Below are positions 35,701-47,700 of a DNA stretch of 64,000 bases, one piece after another. Origin of the DNA: Asterias rubens. Taxonomy: Eukaryota. Positions within the stretch are counted from its first letter, which is position 1, and every line of letters starts with the position of its first letter. The translations under genes and the position numbers were made by a program. The DNA is taken from contig NC_047080.1 in the NCBI RefSeq assembly GCF_902459465.1, positions 1-64,000 of the forward strand, given 5' to 3'. Under the pieces are notes generated by a model. That model had not been told where the DNA came from. It was given only the letters and a program-made list of their open reading frames with translations, and made no database searches.

Positions 35701-38700
35701 AAGTGTAACACTCCTTACTCGCCATTGAAGTGCTTCATGATTGTGTTGTTCTGCTCAGAGAGAAGCCACGTGTATGTCATGTTGGAAGATGGATTGGCAA
35801 AGGCGCTACATTTAAATGAAGGACTGGTCCCTGGCTGGAACGTCTCCCCCTTGGGATGAACAGTTACCTTAGGAGCATCTGTGGATTGTGAATTTGTAAA
35901 GACAGAATATAAATTGGACAGAAAAATCCTGGGGAAACAAAATCTGTGTTGCATTCTCCTAAAATTCTACCCTTTGAAACATTGGCATGTCATGGTCAGG
36001 TGGATAAAAGCACTGGACTTACGCTCAGCAGAGTGTGGGTTGAAGTCCCAGTTGTGACACTTGTGTCATTAAGCAAGACACTTTACCACTATTGCTGCGA
36101 CTATCAGATGGAATGTGAAGCCGTACAACCAGTGTGTTGTGTAATGCATGGTACCAGTGTACTTATTGTAATAAGAAGGGGTTCGCCAAAGGTTCCAACA
36201 TAATTTGGATAGGAAAAATACTCTAGCTGGATGGACTTTAGTGGCCCCAGGAATACATGGGTACCTGCAAGGAGGGTGTGATCGTTGATGTGAATAGTTA
36301 GCACCCAGTGAGCGTATTTGGCTACCAGTGCTGCATGCCTACTTCTAAGGAGCTGAGATGGTCTCCAAAGTGCTTTGGGGAAGAAGAACAGAGTCGTGGT
36401 AGTCACTGGCTCAAGGTGTATTAACTAGAGGTTCTGTCCAATGGTCTAACTCAATTCAATTCAAATCAAATACTCCCTATAGATTCCCAAAAGGAAACCT
36501 CAAATGCTCCCATACAGTAAATACGTTGAGACATTAAAAAAACTTTTAAAAACGTTCTAGGGCTGTAAACAATTACAAGAAGAAGAAAGAAAAAAATGCT
36601 AAAAGCGATACAATTTGTAATTAAGGTTTGAAAAGGAGATTGTGGTGTGTTCCCATGAGGGATAATGGAGGATAGGTATCGGTTTGCTTTATGTATTTCT
36701 AGCCATGGTTTTTTATCCTTACACGATATATCCAAGTCAACGACCCTGCTGTGGTCCTCATTAAAGTCAGGCACCTTGGAGACGCAGACTAACGCCTTGC
36801 CGTTATCATCCCAAGTTGGCTTGAGAGTCAGGAGACTACGCACAATAAACGAGACACCATCATCCGAGTAACTTCAAACCAGAAAAAAAGAGTGAAAGAA
36901 ATGATGAATTCAAGGCAGGATATTTACCAGCAACCCGCCAAATGAAAATGCATCAATATCAAAATATTCAGGTTCAAGCACCTTACACCCGTTTCAGACA
37001 ACCAAATAGATTAGGTTCGACTCTAGGTCGACCAAAATAAATGTTGGTTTCTAACAGGTGAACTTAATATAATATTTACATTAGGTTCGACTAATGAACT
37101 CCAGAGCTGTTCCGAACAACTGCAACAGTTGATCATGTTGCAAGACAATGAAATTGAACACTTAGTAGCTAAAAGGAAGCCCTAATTTCGATGGATTATG
37201 GGGAAATGTGTGAATTTGAATGGGTGTTGAAACTGGTCGGAAAAACCTTTATTGTAGTTTTACCTTTATTGGTATTGGTATTGGTATTATGAATGAAAAA
37301 GAATCTACAAACAATCACTCATAGGTGACCTTGGCATTGGTAGTGTTAGGGTAGTGTTAGGGTTATTATGAAAAGAAGAATCTACAAACACTCACTCATA
37401 GGTGACCTTGGCATTGGTAGTGTTAGGGTAGTGTTAGGGTTATTATGAATGAAGAAGAATCTTCAAACACTCACTCATAGGTGACCTTGGCATTGGTAGT
37501 GTTAGGGTAGTGTTAGAGTTATTATGAATGAAAAAGAATCTACAAACACTCACTCATAGGTGACCTTGGCATTGGTAGTGTTAGGGTAGTGTTAGAGTTA
37601 TTATGAATGAAAAAGAATCTACAAACAATCACTCATAGGTGACCTTGGCATTGGTAGTGTTAGGGTAGTGTTAGAGTTATTATGAATGAAGAAGAATCTA
37701 CAAACACTCACTCATAGGTGACCTTGGCATTGGTAGTGTTAGGGTAGTGTTAGGGTTATTATGAAAAGAAGAATCTACAAACACTCACTCATAGGTGACC
37801 TTGGCATTGGTAGTGTTAGGGTAGTGTTAGGGTTATTATGAAAAGAAGAATCTACAAACACTCACTCATAGGTGACCTTGGCATTGGTAGTGTTAGGGTA
37901 GTGTTAGAGTTATTATGAATGAAAAAGAATCTACAAACAATCACTCATAGGTGACCTTGGCATTGGTAGTGTTAGGGTAGTGTTAGGTTTATTATGAAAA
38001 GAAGAATCTACAAACCCTCACTCATAGGTGACCTTGGCATTGGTAGTGTTAGGGTTATTATGAAAAGAAGAATATACAAACACTCACTCATAGGTGACCT
38101 TGGCATTGGTAGTGTTAGGGTAGTGTTAGGGTTATTATGAAAAGAAGAATCTACAAACACTCACTCATAGGTGACCTTGGCATTGGTAGTGTTAGGGTAG
38201 TGTTAGGGTTATTATGAAAAGAAGAATCTACAAACACTCACTCATAGGTGACCTTGGCATTGGTAGTGTTAGGGTAGTGTTAGAGTTATTATGAATGAAA
38301 AAGAATCTACAAACAATCACTCATAGGTGACCTTGGCATTGGTAGTGTTAGGGTAGTGTTAGGGTTATTATGAAAAGAAGAATCTACAAACCCTCACTCA
38401 TAGGTGACCTTGGCATTGGTAGTGTTAGGGTTATTATGAAAAGAAGAATATACAAACACTCACTCATAGGTGACCTTGGCATTGGTAGTGTTAGGGTAGT
38501 GTTAGGGTTATTATGAATGAAGAAGAATCTTCAAACACTCACTCATAGGTGACCTTGGCATTGGTAGTGTTAGGGTAGTGTTAGAGTTATTATGAATGAA
38601 AAAGAATCTACAAACACTCACTCATAGGTGACCTTGGCATTGGTAGTGTTAGGGTAGTGTTAGGGTTATTATGAAAAGAAGAATCTACAAACACTCACTC

Positions 38701-41700
38701 ATAGGTGACCTTGGCATTGGTAGTGTTAGGGTAGTGTTAGAGTTATTATGAATGAAAAAGAATCTACAAACACTCACTCATAGGTGACCTTGGCATTGGT
38801 AGTGTTAGGGTAGTGTTAGGGTTATTATGAATGAAGAAGAATCTACAAACACTCACTCATAGGTGACCTTGGCATTGGTAGTGTTAGGGTAGTGTTAGGG
38901 TTATTATGAATGAAGAAGAATCTACAAACACTCACTCATAGGTGACCTTGGCATTTGTAGTGTTAGGGTAGTGTTAGAGTTATTATGAATGAAGAAGAAT
39001 CTACAAACACTCACTCATAGGTGACCTTGGCATTGGTAGTGAGGCTCTCGTTACCAAGCAACCAGCTGATAACAGGTTCAGGATAGACCTTGTCAACCTC
39101 GCAAACTAAAACCACTTCTTCATCTTCAGACAACCTCAGGGTGTCGTTTTGTAGTCCACTCTGGAATGAAGTTGCGATGAACGGCTTTTTACCTTGACCT
39201 TTAGGGAAAATATTAATGTAATTTTAGTTTTGGGAAAACTTTTGATTGTTTTAATCCTATAGATTAAACTAACCTGTGAAAATTTCATATCAAAAGGTGG
39301 TTGCGTTTTTGAGATATTGCCAAAAATCTGAAGCTATTATATCCATGTTTCCCTTCTGGTTTTTACTTGATAAATGTCAAATAAAAAAAATTAAAAACCT
39401 CTCAACAAAAAATAAGAATCATTAAGTCTGCATTGAGTTTTTTTTAATTCTCCTCACAACTCTTTCTGCTCATTTTGACAATAACAGACTGTGTGTCACT
39501 TACTCTGAACCACGAGCCACACATCCAAGCTGACCGAGTCATTGGCCCCATTGTGGCCAACAATGCACCGGTACATCCCAGCATCCTCAAACCTAACCTC
39601 ATCGAAAATGAGCGACACATCATCGGGACCTTGCTCCACTATGTACGGCCCAGTTGACGTGTTCCTTGACAGCACTTTATGGTTACCGTTCATCCACGCC
39701 AGGGCACCCGCTTGGGGTTTGGTTCGACAGCGGAACATTGTACCCTGTTTGAAGACAATCGTCTCGTTCACTGGACCTTCTAGAAATGGCTGTGGAATAT
39801 CTGCGGACACAAGGTATATAGTGTAATAATAATAATATAGTTACTGTATCGTATTTATAATGTACACGGTGTCTGAAAAGAAAAATTTCATTCGAGGGCA
39901 CCGGTTTGCAAAGTCAAGGTAAAAAATCCAGCATTTAAAATGCTCGTTTTAAGAGCGAGTTTTGAAGTGTCCTTGGAAGATTAAAGGATTATTCTAATTT
40001 CTGAGGTCAGGCGGCATTGAATTCCATAGACTTCTGACTTCCCTTAGGCAGGTTTAATGTTCATCCGTAAGTTTAATGACCCAAGTAAATCAATGTAAAT
40101 ACTCCCCACAGTTGAAAAGAATGTACAGTATTTGAGAAACTCTTTATTTGAGTTTTCCCATAATGATTAAGAATCAAGCCATACCTGTAACGATAAGGTT
40201 GACATCACTCTGGTAGACAACCCCTGCATTCTCCACTCTACAGGTGTACACCCCATTTACAGCTGCAGTGGTGGCTTCGACCTTCGTTATCATATGAATT
40301 GGGCTTCAGACAAAAACAAAGGAACAAAATACAGCATCATTCAAAATACAGCATCATAATAGTTGAATTTTGAAAAGGATGTGCATAGCTGCAAATTGAA
40401 CAGATACATGATCACATTAATCTACCTAATACAAGAAACAAATAAAGTCATAATGGTAGAAAGCTTTACTTTGAGTATTTTTGCTTGAATTGCTTAGTTA
40501 TTGAGAAATGAGTAAATTAAGTAGTTTCAATCTTGCAAGTCTAATATCAGATATTTGAAAACAGTACAAACACATACAGGCCTTGAATTTCGCTCTAAAG
40601 GGGCACACCCTTTCCTTGGGGCACTTTTGTGGGGAAAATGTAAGTTTGTATTTGAGCCTTGCAGAGGTCACACAGTTTATGTAGCTGAATATAATCCTCC
40701 AAAAACAATGATGTCATTTTTAGCATATGAAGTCACAAGAAAACAAGTACCGTATAAAAAACACTTGTATCGTCTTTACTCAAACATCACATAAGGTTTT
40801 GAACCTTCACTCCATTGTCAGAGACTAACCCAGCTAAAAATTTGCAGGGAAAAGGCATTTCAAGGGAAGTTTTCCACTCTGAACCATTTTTGTTCCTTGT
40901 AAGTTATGTGCAAATCAATGGCTCACGAGCATTAAATGCTTGCATACTTTACCAGTATTGAGGCCCTTCATTAAAGATACTATGTCAGATTTTTGGCCGA
41001 TTTGACCCAAAAATTTTGATTTAAAACTCAATAGGTATTTTGATGGGGGTCGAGAAAGTTACACGCTTTCATTTGAGCCATTGCTCGAAAAAATCCGCCA
41101 ATTATTAGCAGCAGTGAAATAAAGTGCTCAAAATGAGTTTTTTCGGGATCCCGACAATATATCACGTGACCAATTCTTATGTGTTTTAGAAGAAACGTTT
41201 TAAATTTTTGTCATGGTTCCTGACCATTAAAAGTAAAAGTTAAACTTTCTTTCGTTAGAGAGGGTGATACTCTTTGAAATACTATTACTCAAAAAAATCT
41301 ATTTTTTCATGTTTGGGGCCAAAAATCTGACATAGCATCTTTAAGTGAAAGGGCTTTCAATTACATTTTCTCAGACAGTGCATTTAGGTCAGGTTAAAGG
41401 TTGAAATTTTCGATATCCTGGCAGACAAAATCGAAAGTCATTCAGTTCAAATATTGCTGGAAAAGTGTAACACATTGTGTGTTTTTCTTAAAGATATTTC
41501 CGTGTTGCTGTATTAAATAATTTTTGTTGAACAGCCAATACGGGCTTCCTAAAGGAAATAAACTGGCCAGGAAATCCTTGATTGCCAGGGATTAATATCA
41601 CAAACTCTAGCTTGACTTTAACTTGCAGTCATAGTGCTTTTTACATTGTTCATATAACCAGAATCTCCTTTTACTGAGCTTGTATTTTAAAATGCACATA

Positions 41701-44700
41701 AATATGCTTTTATAGTTTTAATTAGGCTATATGATATAGTTCTCATATTTTAATACTGTAAGCCATGGTTATTAACAGCCATAATGTTCTTAAACATTGT
41801 TTGTTTCTTAAATTGTGGCTAAAAGTAACTTTTTTGAAATCCATCAGGGGTGCTACTCTTTTGTTTTCTCTCCTAGATGTGTATAATATGTTTTCTTTAT
41901 CGTTCTTTTTTTTGCACTTTGCATTTTTACCTGTGAATTAAAAAATTCAATGAAATCAAATTTAATTTCTTTTGTTTTGATTTTAATAACCCACTATAGC
42001 CTAGTACACCCACTTATAACCCATACATTTCACATTGTAAACTGGATGCTTTCAAATGCTGAACATATCAGTCGGACCACTTGGAGAGTTCGCTTCAGCA
42101 GCTCTACATGTACATTTAACAAAACATTGCCAACCCCTGATAGTTCCCTTCACCCATGACCCCTACACAAACAAAACATTGTTTGGCTCACTCAACCAAT
42201 GCATACAATAACAAGGTACCCTTAACCATGGGAATGGGAACCAACAATGTGCAGGGGGAATATCCTGTACCATGCAGTAACTTGGTACCAAATGTTCTGT
42301 TGTATGCATAACAATACTATGAATAGAAACTCATTCTGATGGAATCTAATGCGATAACGAATGCTGCACAACAGGGCTTCAGTGTCAAGGTTTCTCCTCC
42401 ACCAGCCAACTACAGTTGCCACTTTCAGTGAATAAATTTGTTTGATGCCCAAAATTAAATGCAAAGTTTACTTTTTGTTTGTGAATGAGAGATCGTCAAA
42501 CATTCACAAGGTCATATGCCCACGGTTCACTTTAACACTAGTGTCACCAGGGGATAGTTACCATCTACTCCTGGAACTGAAACATGGTTACCCCCATTAC
42601 GGTAATGGTGTAGGCATCATCCACTTGGGGCATGGCTGGTAGAGCAGATTGCACTACACCTTCCCAACTTTTAACCAAGGCAATAATTATGGCAATGTGC
42701 CTTGTTCAAGGGCAAAGTGTTATGACTAGATATCAATCAAACATGTCCACTGCCGTTAAGAGTCACAGGATGTTAACTCACTGTTTTTCTTTGTCAGCGT
42801 TGATAATTAAATTGTCTTGGCAGCTCTGGATTTTTTCTCACTTAACACCAGGAAGTTTCGACAGCTTTAAAATGAAGCCTCAAAAGTACAAAGGTCTGGT
42901 TTTCTAGACTTTGTATCCAATGAACAAGATCACAATCTCTGTGTTTACTCTCAAATTAAGGAAACATATGTGACGAATATTTATTTAAAATGTAGCTCTC
43001 CTGAAAAAACTTGCTCTGCTCATTGCACTTTTTTCAAAATAAATTGCCAACTAATTAAGCTGAAACTTCTACAGGTTAATTTTACAGGGGATTTACAAAC
43101 ATAGAGGTTCAACAAAAGAATTCATAGCAGCCCTATCCTAAATCTAACTGAATTGTTAAATGACATGCCTAAAGATTGACTGATTTGTTATCATATCATA
43201 CAAAATAATGTTTTTATATTGGATTTTAAAATAGCCCTTTTTTGTACCTGGTTGATTGCTAATGTCTTTTAAGAATTTTATTAATTGGCGTTTGTGCTTG
43301 TTTTTCCCCCTGCTTTTTTTATACTCTTTTTTTATTTTCTTTCTGTGTATTAATGTTTTTTAGTAACTGTAACCACTGGGCAATTCAGCCGTCCACCCAA
43401 ATAAATATTGGTTTCAGATAGGCAAACTTAACAAAACATTTACATTAGGTTCAACTTATGACAAAAAACGACGTCTGAAACCAAGACGCTCCAGAGTCAT
43501 TCCAAACAGACGATCTTTCAACTTCTAGCTTCGCTCCTAACTGTTTCAGAAGTCAAATTTGATTTGGCGCTAATCGGGAGCACCTGTCTGAAGAAAAAAG
43601 ACAAACTCTAGCTTTCTTCTTTACCTTGGAGAATACGGTGTATTTGCATGGATGATTTTTGTGGTCCGGTATGATTCACCTTTTTTCCACTGCATAATTG
43701 GATTGTACATTCCATAGACTACACAGATCAGATCCACACGTTCTCCAAATGGTACAAATACAGTCGTACGTTCAGTCACTACCATAGGAGTGGCTATAAG
43801 AAAGGAAAAGCAAGTTGCCTTATATTACTTGTCAGAATTGATGGTTTGGGGATGGGTGCTTGACTGCTCTGTCATTATTAGTAAGGAGTTGAAGATTTCA
43901 AGGAGCTTTTAGGAATAGTATCCTCAGAGAGAGAGATGGCATGTCATGGCCAAGTGGTTAAGTGCACCAAACTCAAGCTCTGGTTTTTCTGATCAGCAGA
44001 GTTTGGGTTTGAGACCTAGTTGTGACACTTGTGTCCTTAAAGCAAGACACTTAACCATAATTGCAGCATCCTTCAGATGGGACTCTAATGCATTGCTCCC
44101 AGTGAACTTAAAGAGAAGGGGTTCGCCCCATGACCCTGGTTTGACTGGCTGCATATTGCTCCACAGCACCTTGTAAACCATTACATGGTGCTGTGTACAA
44201 GAATATGTCGCATGTAGCTTAAGCACTGCAGAAAAATACTGGAATCCCGCTCAGATACAAGGAACGATTCTCACTAAACGTAAAACCAGATACACTTCAT
44301 CCTCCAAAGGTTTTTATGCAGCAGCACCAAACCTTTGGAACACTGTTCATTATCAAATACATCATGCTAATTCACTTTCAGATTTCAAAATATCACTCAA
44401 AACAGATCTTTTCAATACTTATTTCGCTTCTTAGGCTATTTTTTATTTCTCATTGCTTTGTATTGTAAATTTTTGATTGCTTGTAATTATTGTTGTAAGG
44501 CGTCGTGGTACCTTTTATTGTGCAAGAACGCTATATAAATGCTTAGATTATTATTATTATTTTTAAGCGCCTTTGAGTGTCACTAAGTGATGGACTTATG
44601 TGCACTATATAAGAAGCCATTATTATGTCCAACAGCACGGTTTTCTTAAATATCTCAAAACAAATACTTCTCTTTCTGTTTTTCCCCCTCTTGATACCTA

Positions 44701-47700
44701 CCAGAATTGCAGATTTTTCCTTGCAGTCCTTTAGGGCAAATACAGGCTCCTGTGAACGGATGACACTCAACACCCTCAAAGCATGTGCATTGTTGCACAC
44801 AGTATAGTCCATACATACCATGTGGACAGCCTTTAGTCATCAAAGAAAAACACAAAGACTACGAGTACGAGATACATTCATTTGTTTAGCATAGTTTTAA
44901 TTTTGTTTAAAAGTAAGCTCTTCATAATTTGGTGTTGAACAGTGAAAAACTAAGTGCGACTTAATACTGTGACCTCCGGATTGCATACCCCCGTGCCAAC
45001 TGCGGTTTTCTTGCCCTAATGTTGGCCACATTTCCAACTCATGAGATAATTAGTTTGATCTAATCTAGTTTAATTTAGACGTCTTAGATACCAAGAAGTA
45101 CAGACAAGAATCCCTTTCTTAAACTCCTACCCAAGGGGAAATTACAATTAGGATTGAAGTGTCGACCCAACGACACATGCGCCACCACAACTGAGTACTA
45201 AGCCCACACTCTACTACATTAGAACTGGAGTCTGGTGCTATTTAGAACGCTTGGCCACAACTCTCCACAATAGCAGAATTTGAACTAAGATAGTCGAGTC
45301 AACTTACCTAAGATTTTGAGGTCAAAGTCTAGGGTAATATTTGGTAGCCCCTTAAGAATTCCTGTGCTTATAGGTAGAGTCACTTGGCAGGTGCCATTAA
45401 GGTCATCATCTGATGCTACAATGTCATTAAAATCTACCATTCCCTCAATGAGTGATGTTCCACTGCTTAGATACTCATCTGTAAAATTAAAACAACAGTA
45501 TATTTATTTATTGGCTCTTCCGCCATGCTTCTGAAAACCAATGTTTTAAGAGGAATATCAGCTCCTACTTTTAGCTCCTCTGGGTTCTTTCCACTTCTAC
45601 ATAATTTGTCTTCAGCTCCATACCAAGAGTGGCTTTTAGACATGTTTGGAGCAAAGTTGCAGGGACATTTTCTTTTACAAATTGTCACGTTTTTAAATCT
45701 TGCTCGGAAAAAGTCAGGAACGACCCCATACACAAATGTTTAGACCAATTTTTTCTCAGAATGATCTCATCGGATGTTTTGGAAGTTAGAAAATGAGGTA
45801 TCACGAAACTGAGTTTGACATTTCCCTTCCTCTTTACAGGATCCAGCCATACATGTAGCTGCTCAGAAATGGACTGGGCCAGTTTCATAGAGCTGCTTAA
45901 GCAGAGAATTATGTTTAAAATCTTTCTGCTTAGCAAAAAATAATCAGGATACCAGTCACAGATTGTACATTTGACACAGAACCTTGGCTGGAAACCTTAT
46001 TCTTGTTAGCATATTATTTGTTTGCCTACAATGTAGCTACTCCTTGTGCTTAAAGGAACACGTTGCCTTGGATCGGTCGTGTTGGTCTTTGAAAAGCGTT
46101 TGTAACCGTTTGTTATAAAATCCATATGATTAGAAAGATATTTTAAAAGTAGAATATAAGGATCCACACATGTATCACTCGAAATTGCGTGGTTTTCCTC
46201 TTACCTCGTCGTCAAACACAGTCGGCCATTTATGGGAGTCAAATTTTTGACTCCCATAAATGGCCGACCATGTTAGTTCGCAAAGTTAAAAGGAAAACCA
46301 CGCAATTTCGAGGCAAATATGTGTGGATCATTGTATTCTACTTTTAAAACATCTTTCCAACCATATGCATTTTATAACAAATGGTTACAAAACGCTTTTT
46401 ATAGACCAACTCATCCGATCCAAGGCAACGTGTTCATTTAAATAAGCAGCTCTGTGGAATTGGGCCCTAATTATAAAACTGACCAGTAATGTGTACTGAA
46501 TGCCAAATTGGTATTGGTGTCTGAACTGGCTTGTTGTACTTGCAGTCTAGGCTCAGGGGCACAATTGGAACTGATATGTTAACCACAATATGACCAGAAA
46601 CGCTACCTGCAAGAAATTTACAGAGAATTTAGAAAGAAAATGTTGAAATTCAAACTGTAAAAAATAACAATAAACATAGCTCGGTCTGTCAAAAAGTCTT
46701 ACTTCAGATAAAACCATTAACCTACCTTACCCTACTCTTAGAGGTACTGGACACATTTGGAAATTATCAAAGACCAGAATTCAATTTAATAGAACTATAG
46801 ACCGTGGACTCTATTTTCCTCTTTTGTTGTCCTTGGTTTGAATATGTCTTACTCACACCCACCCATCCACACTTCACCAACCAAGGGACATAATGAGAGG
46901 TCCTCTGAATATGTCCTACTCACACCCACCCATCCACACTTCGCCAACCAAGGGACATAATGAGAGGTCCTCTGAATATGTCCTACTCACACCCACCCAT
47001 CCACACTTCGCCAACCAAGGGACATAATGAGAGGTCCTCTGAATATGTCCTACTCACACCCACCCATCCACAATTCGCCAACCAAGGGACATAATGAGAG
47101 GTCCTCTGAATATGTCCTACTCACACCCACCCATCCACACTTCACCAACCAAGGGACAAAATGAGAGGTCCTCTGAATATGTCCTACTCACACCCACCCA
47201 TCCACACTTCGCCAACCAAGGGACATAATGAGAGGTCCTCTGAATATGTCCTACTCACACCCACCCATCCACACTTCGCCAACCAAGGGACATAATGAGA
47301 GGTCCTCTGAATATGTCCTACTCACACCCACCCATCCACACTTCGCCAACCAAGGGACATAATGAGAGGTCCTCTGAATATGTCCTACTCACACCCACCC
47401 ATCCACACTTCACCAACCAAGGGACATAATGAGATGTCCTCTGAATATGTCCTACTCACACCCACCCATCCACACTTTGCCAACCAAGGGACATAATGAG
47501 AGGTTCTCTGAATATGTCCTACTCACACCCACCCATCCACACTTCGCCAACCAAGGGACATAATGAGAGGTCCTCTGAATGACTTTAATAACTTGGTGTC
47601 AATCTTGGTCTTGTTGACTCATATCCAATCTTACCCATTCTTAATGATTTTATCTTGATGATTTTTGTGAATTTGATCTGAAGTAAAATCAAATCTACAT

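Noticed and set aside
37288-39040. Interstitial telomere
   Set aside because: TTAGGG occurs only once or twice per unit inside an 11-bp sub-repeat, not as tandem hexamers.
42020-42420. Possible extra receptor exons
   Set aside because: Candidate acceptors lead to stops, and exons 5 and 6 already join in phase into one Ig domain.
45480-45870. Cys-containing coding-looking ORFs in receptor intron 2
   Set aside because: No phase-compatible acceptor/donor pair was found, and the gene model is in frame without them.
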